This document shows positions 62,761 to 64,000 of a DNA stretch of 64,000 bases, in pieces (within the stretch, counting starts at the first letter, position 1; each line of letters starts with the position of its first letter). A program made the translations under genes and the position numbers. The notes under the pieces were generated by a model, which was not told where the DNA came from, searched no databases, and worked only from the letters and a program-made list of their open reading frames with translations. The DNA is from Lama guanicoe (Eukaryota), in the NCBI GenBank assembly GCA_013239625.1, contig MU053994.1, forward strand, positions 4,073,434-4,137,433, in the 5' to 3' direction.

Positions 62761-63187
62761 AGTCACTTCAGTTTCAATGTCCCCTGTGTGTTCCATGCTT
62801 GTTGTCAATTCCAGACAGTATTCATGCCCTCACTATGTAATGGAATGATTTCTTCATCTCTAAATTCTATCCATTATTCAAAGTACATTTTAAGTTCTAC
62901 CTCATATCTTCTACCTATATATCTTATAGTTCTACCTACATATCTTTCCTTAACCATTTTATCCTTCAAGAGCTTTCCCTTATTTGACTCTGTATTAGCA
63001 AAGCATCTGTATTATTAGCAAAGCATCCCCCACACCTCTGTTAGCATTCAATAGTGAAACCACGTTTAAATTTCTTTTCACATTTAATTGTTTTTCTCTT
63101 TCCTTCTACCCTTGAGTTCCTTGGTTTTCATTTACACATGTTCCTAACAGGAAAGGGGTCTTTCCCTGAAAATTCTGTTTCTCAGCA

Positions 63188-63711
63188 TGGAAAACAGATT
63201 TTAAGATGACTCCAATAATCTGCATCTCCTCATGTTGATGTCTTTGTATAACCATCTCTCTTGGAATGTTTGAAACCTGGTGACTTGCTTCTCACCAATA
63301 AAATATGGCAAAAGTGATGGATATCATCCCCATGATCATGTTACTGCATATACGACTCTATCTTGCTAGCCCTCTCTCTCTCTCTGTCTCCCCCTCTCCT
63401 GCCACCCCTTGCTCTACCCCACCCCCTACAGTTCATTGCTAGCTTTGAAGAAGCAAAGTTTCCATTAATCTTACAGCTGTAAGGAAATGAATCTTTCCAA
63501 CAATCTGAGGGGGCTAGGAAGTAAATCATTCCCCATTCAATCCTCTGAGTCCTGGTTGATACTTTGAATTCAGCCTTGGCAGACCCTAAACAGAGGACCA
63601 CATTAAGCAATACTATAATTTCTGACCTACAGAAATGAAGATAACAAATGTGTGTTGTTTTAAAATGCTAATTTCACTGTAATTACTTATACAGCGATAG
63701 GCGAGTAATAC
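63188..63711 (+). mobile_element. MLT1E/F-like MaLR 5' LTR
   Basis: gtgacttgcttctcaccaataaaatatggcaaaagtgatgg...cttacagctgtaaggaaatgaat...tctgacctacagaaa...aaatgtgtgttgttttaa...taatac. Confidence 0.85.
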
Positions 63712-64000
63712 TTATTTTGGTACAAGAACTGGGAGGCTGCTGTAACAAATACCTAAAAATGTGGGCAGGGCTTTGGAATGTAGCAGTAAGTAGACTCTGG
63801 AAGAGTTTGGAGGAACGTAATAGAGAAAGCCTAAACTGCATTGAGCAGACAGTTAGTAGAAACCTGAAGTTGGTGATGCTCCTGGTTAGGCCTCAGAAGA
63901 AGTGAGGAATATGTTATTGGAAACTGAAGGAAGGAGAATCCTTGCTATGCAGGGGCAGAGGGCTCAGAGAAAATGATCTCCTGCTGTTATGTGGAAAGCC
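63712..64000 (+). mobile_element. MLT1 internal sequence start, runs off the window
   Basis: attttggtacaagaactgggaggctgctgtaacaaatacctaaaaatgtgg...gctttggaa...ctggaagagtttggagg is the MaLR-int 5' start. Confidence 0.85.

Noticed and set aside
1..64000. CRISPR array, operon or prokaryotic defence system
   Set aside because: Sequence is mammalian and repeat-rich, with no long ORFs or regularly spaced repeat-spacer arrays.

Overview
Mammalian non-coding DNA (intergenic or deep intronic), AT-rich, with no CpG island and no protein-coding gene, RNA gene or CRISPR array that I can support. Two tRNA-Ala-derived SINEs of the Vic-1 type, five short young L1 3'-UTR copies, and no recognisable Alu, BovB/Bov-tA or PRE-1 point to a camelid (camel/alpaca/llama); this is an inference. 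A large part of the window is decayed interspersed repeat: old L1, L2, MIR, MaLR/ERVL LTRs, an ERVL integrase-dUTPase remnant, MER5, Zaphod/MER115 and a Tigger1 derivative. The listed ORFs are chance or repeat-derived. Repeat subfamily names come from my recall of consensus sequences and boundaries are approximate unless a target-site duplication (TSD) is given. Best observations: (1) a TSD-bounded L1 in which the 5'UTR is joined directly to the end of ORF2, with a foreign 3' tail (32086-33811); (2) a perfect four-unit heat-shock element (5363-5382); (3) a (TG)19 microsatellite apparently born from the TSD of a young L1 insertion (51107-51628); (4) a repeat-free block with an RFX X-box (16200-18800). 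I found no convincing new multi-gene system.
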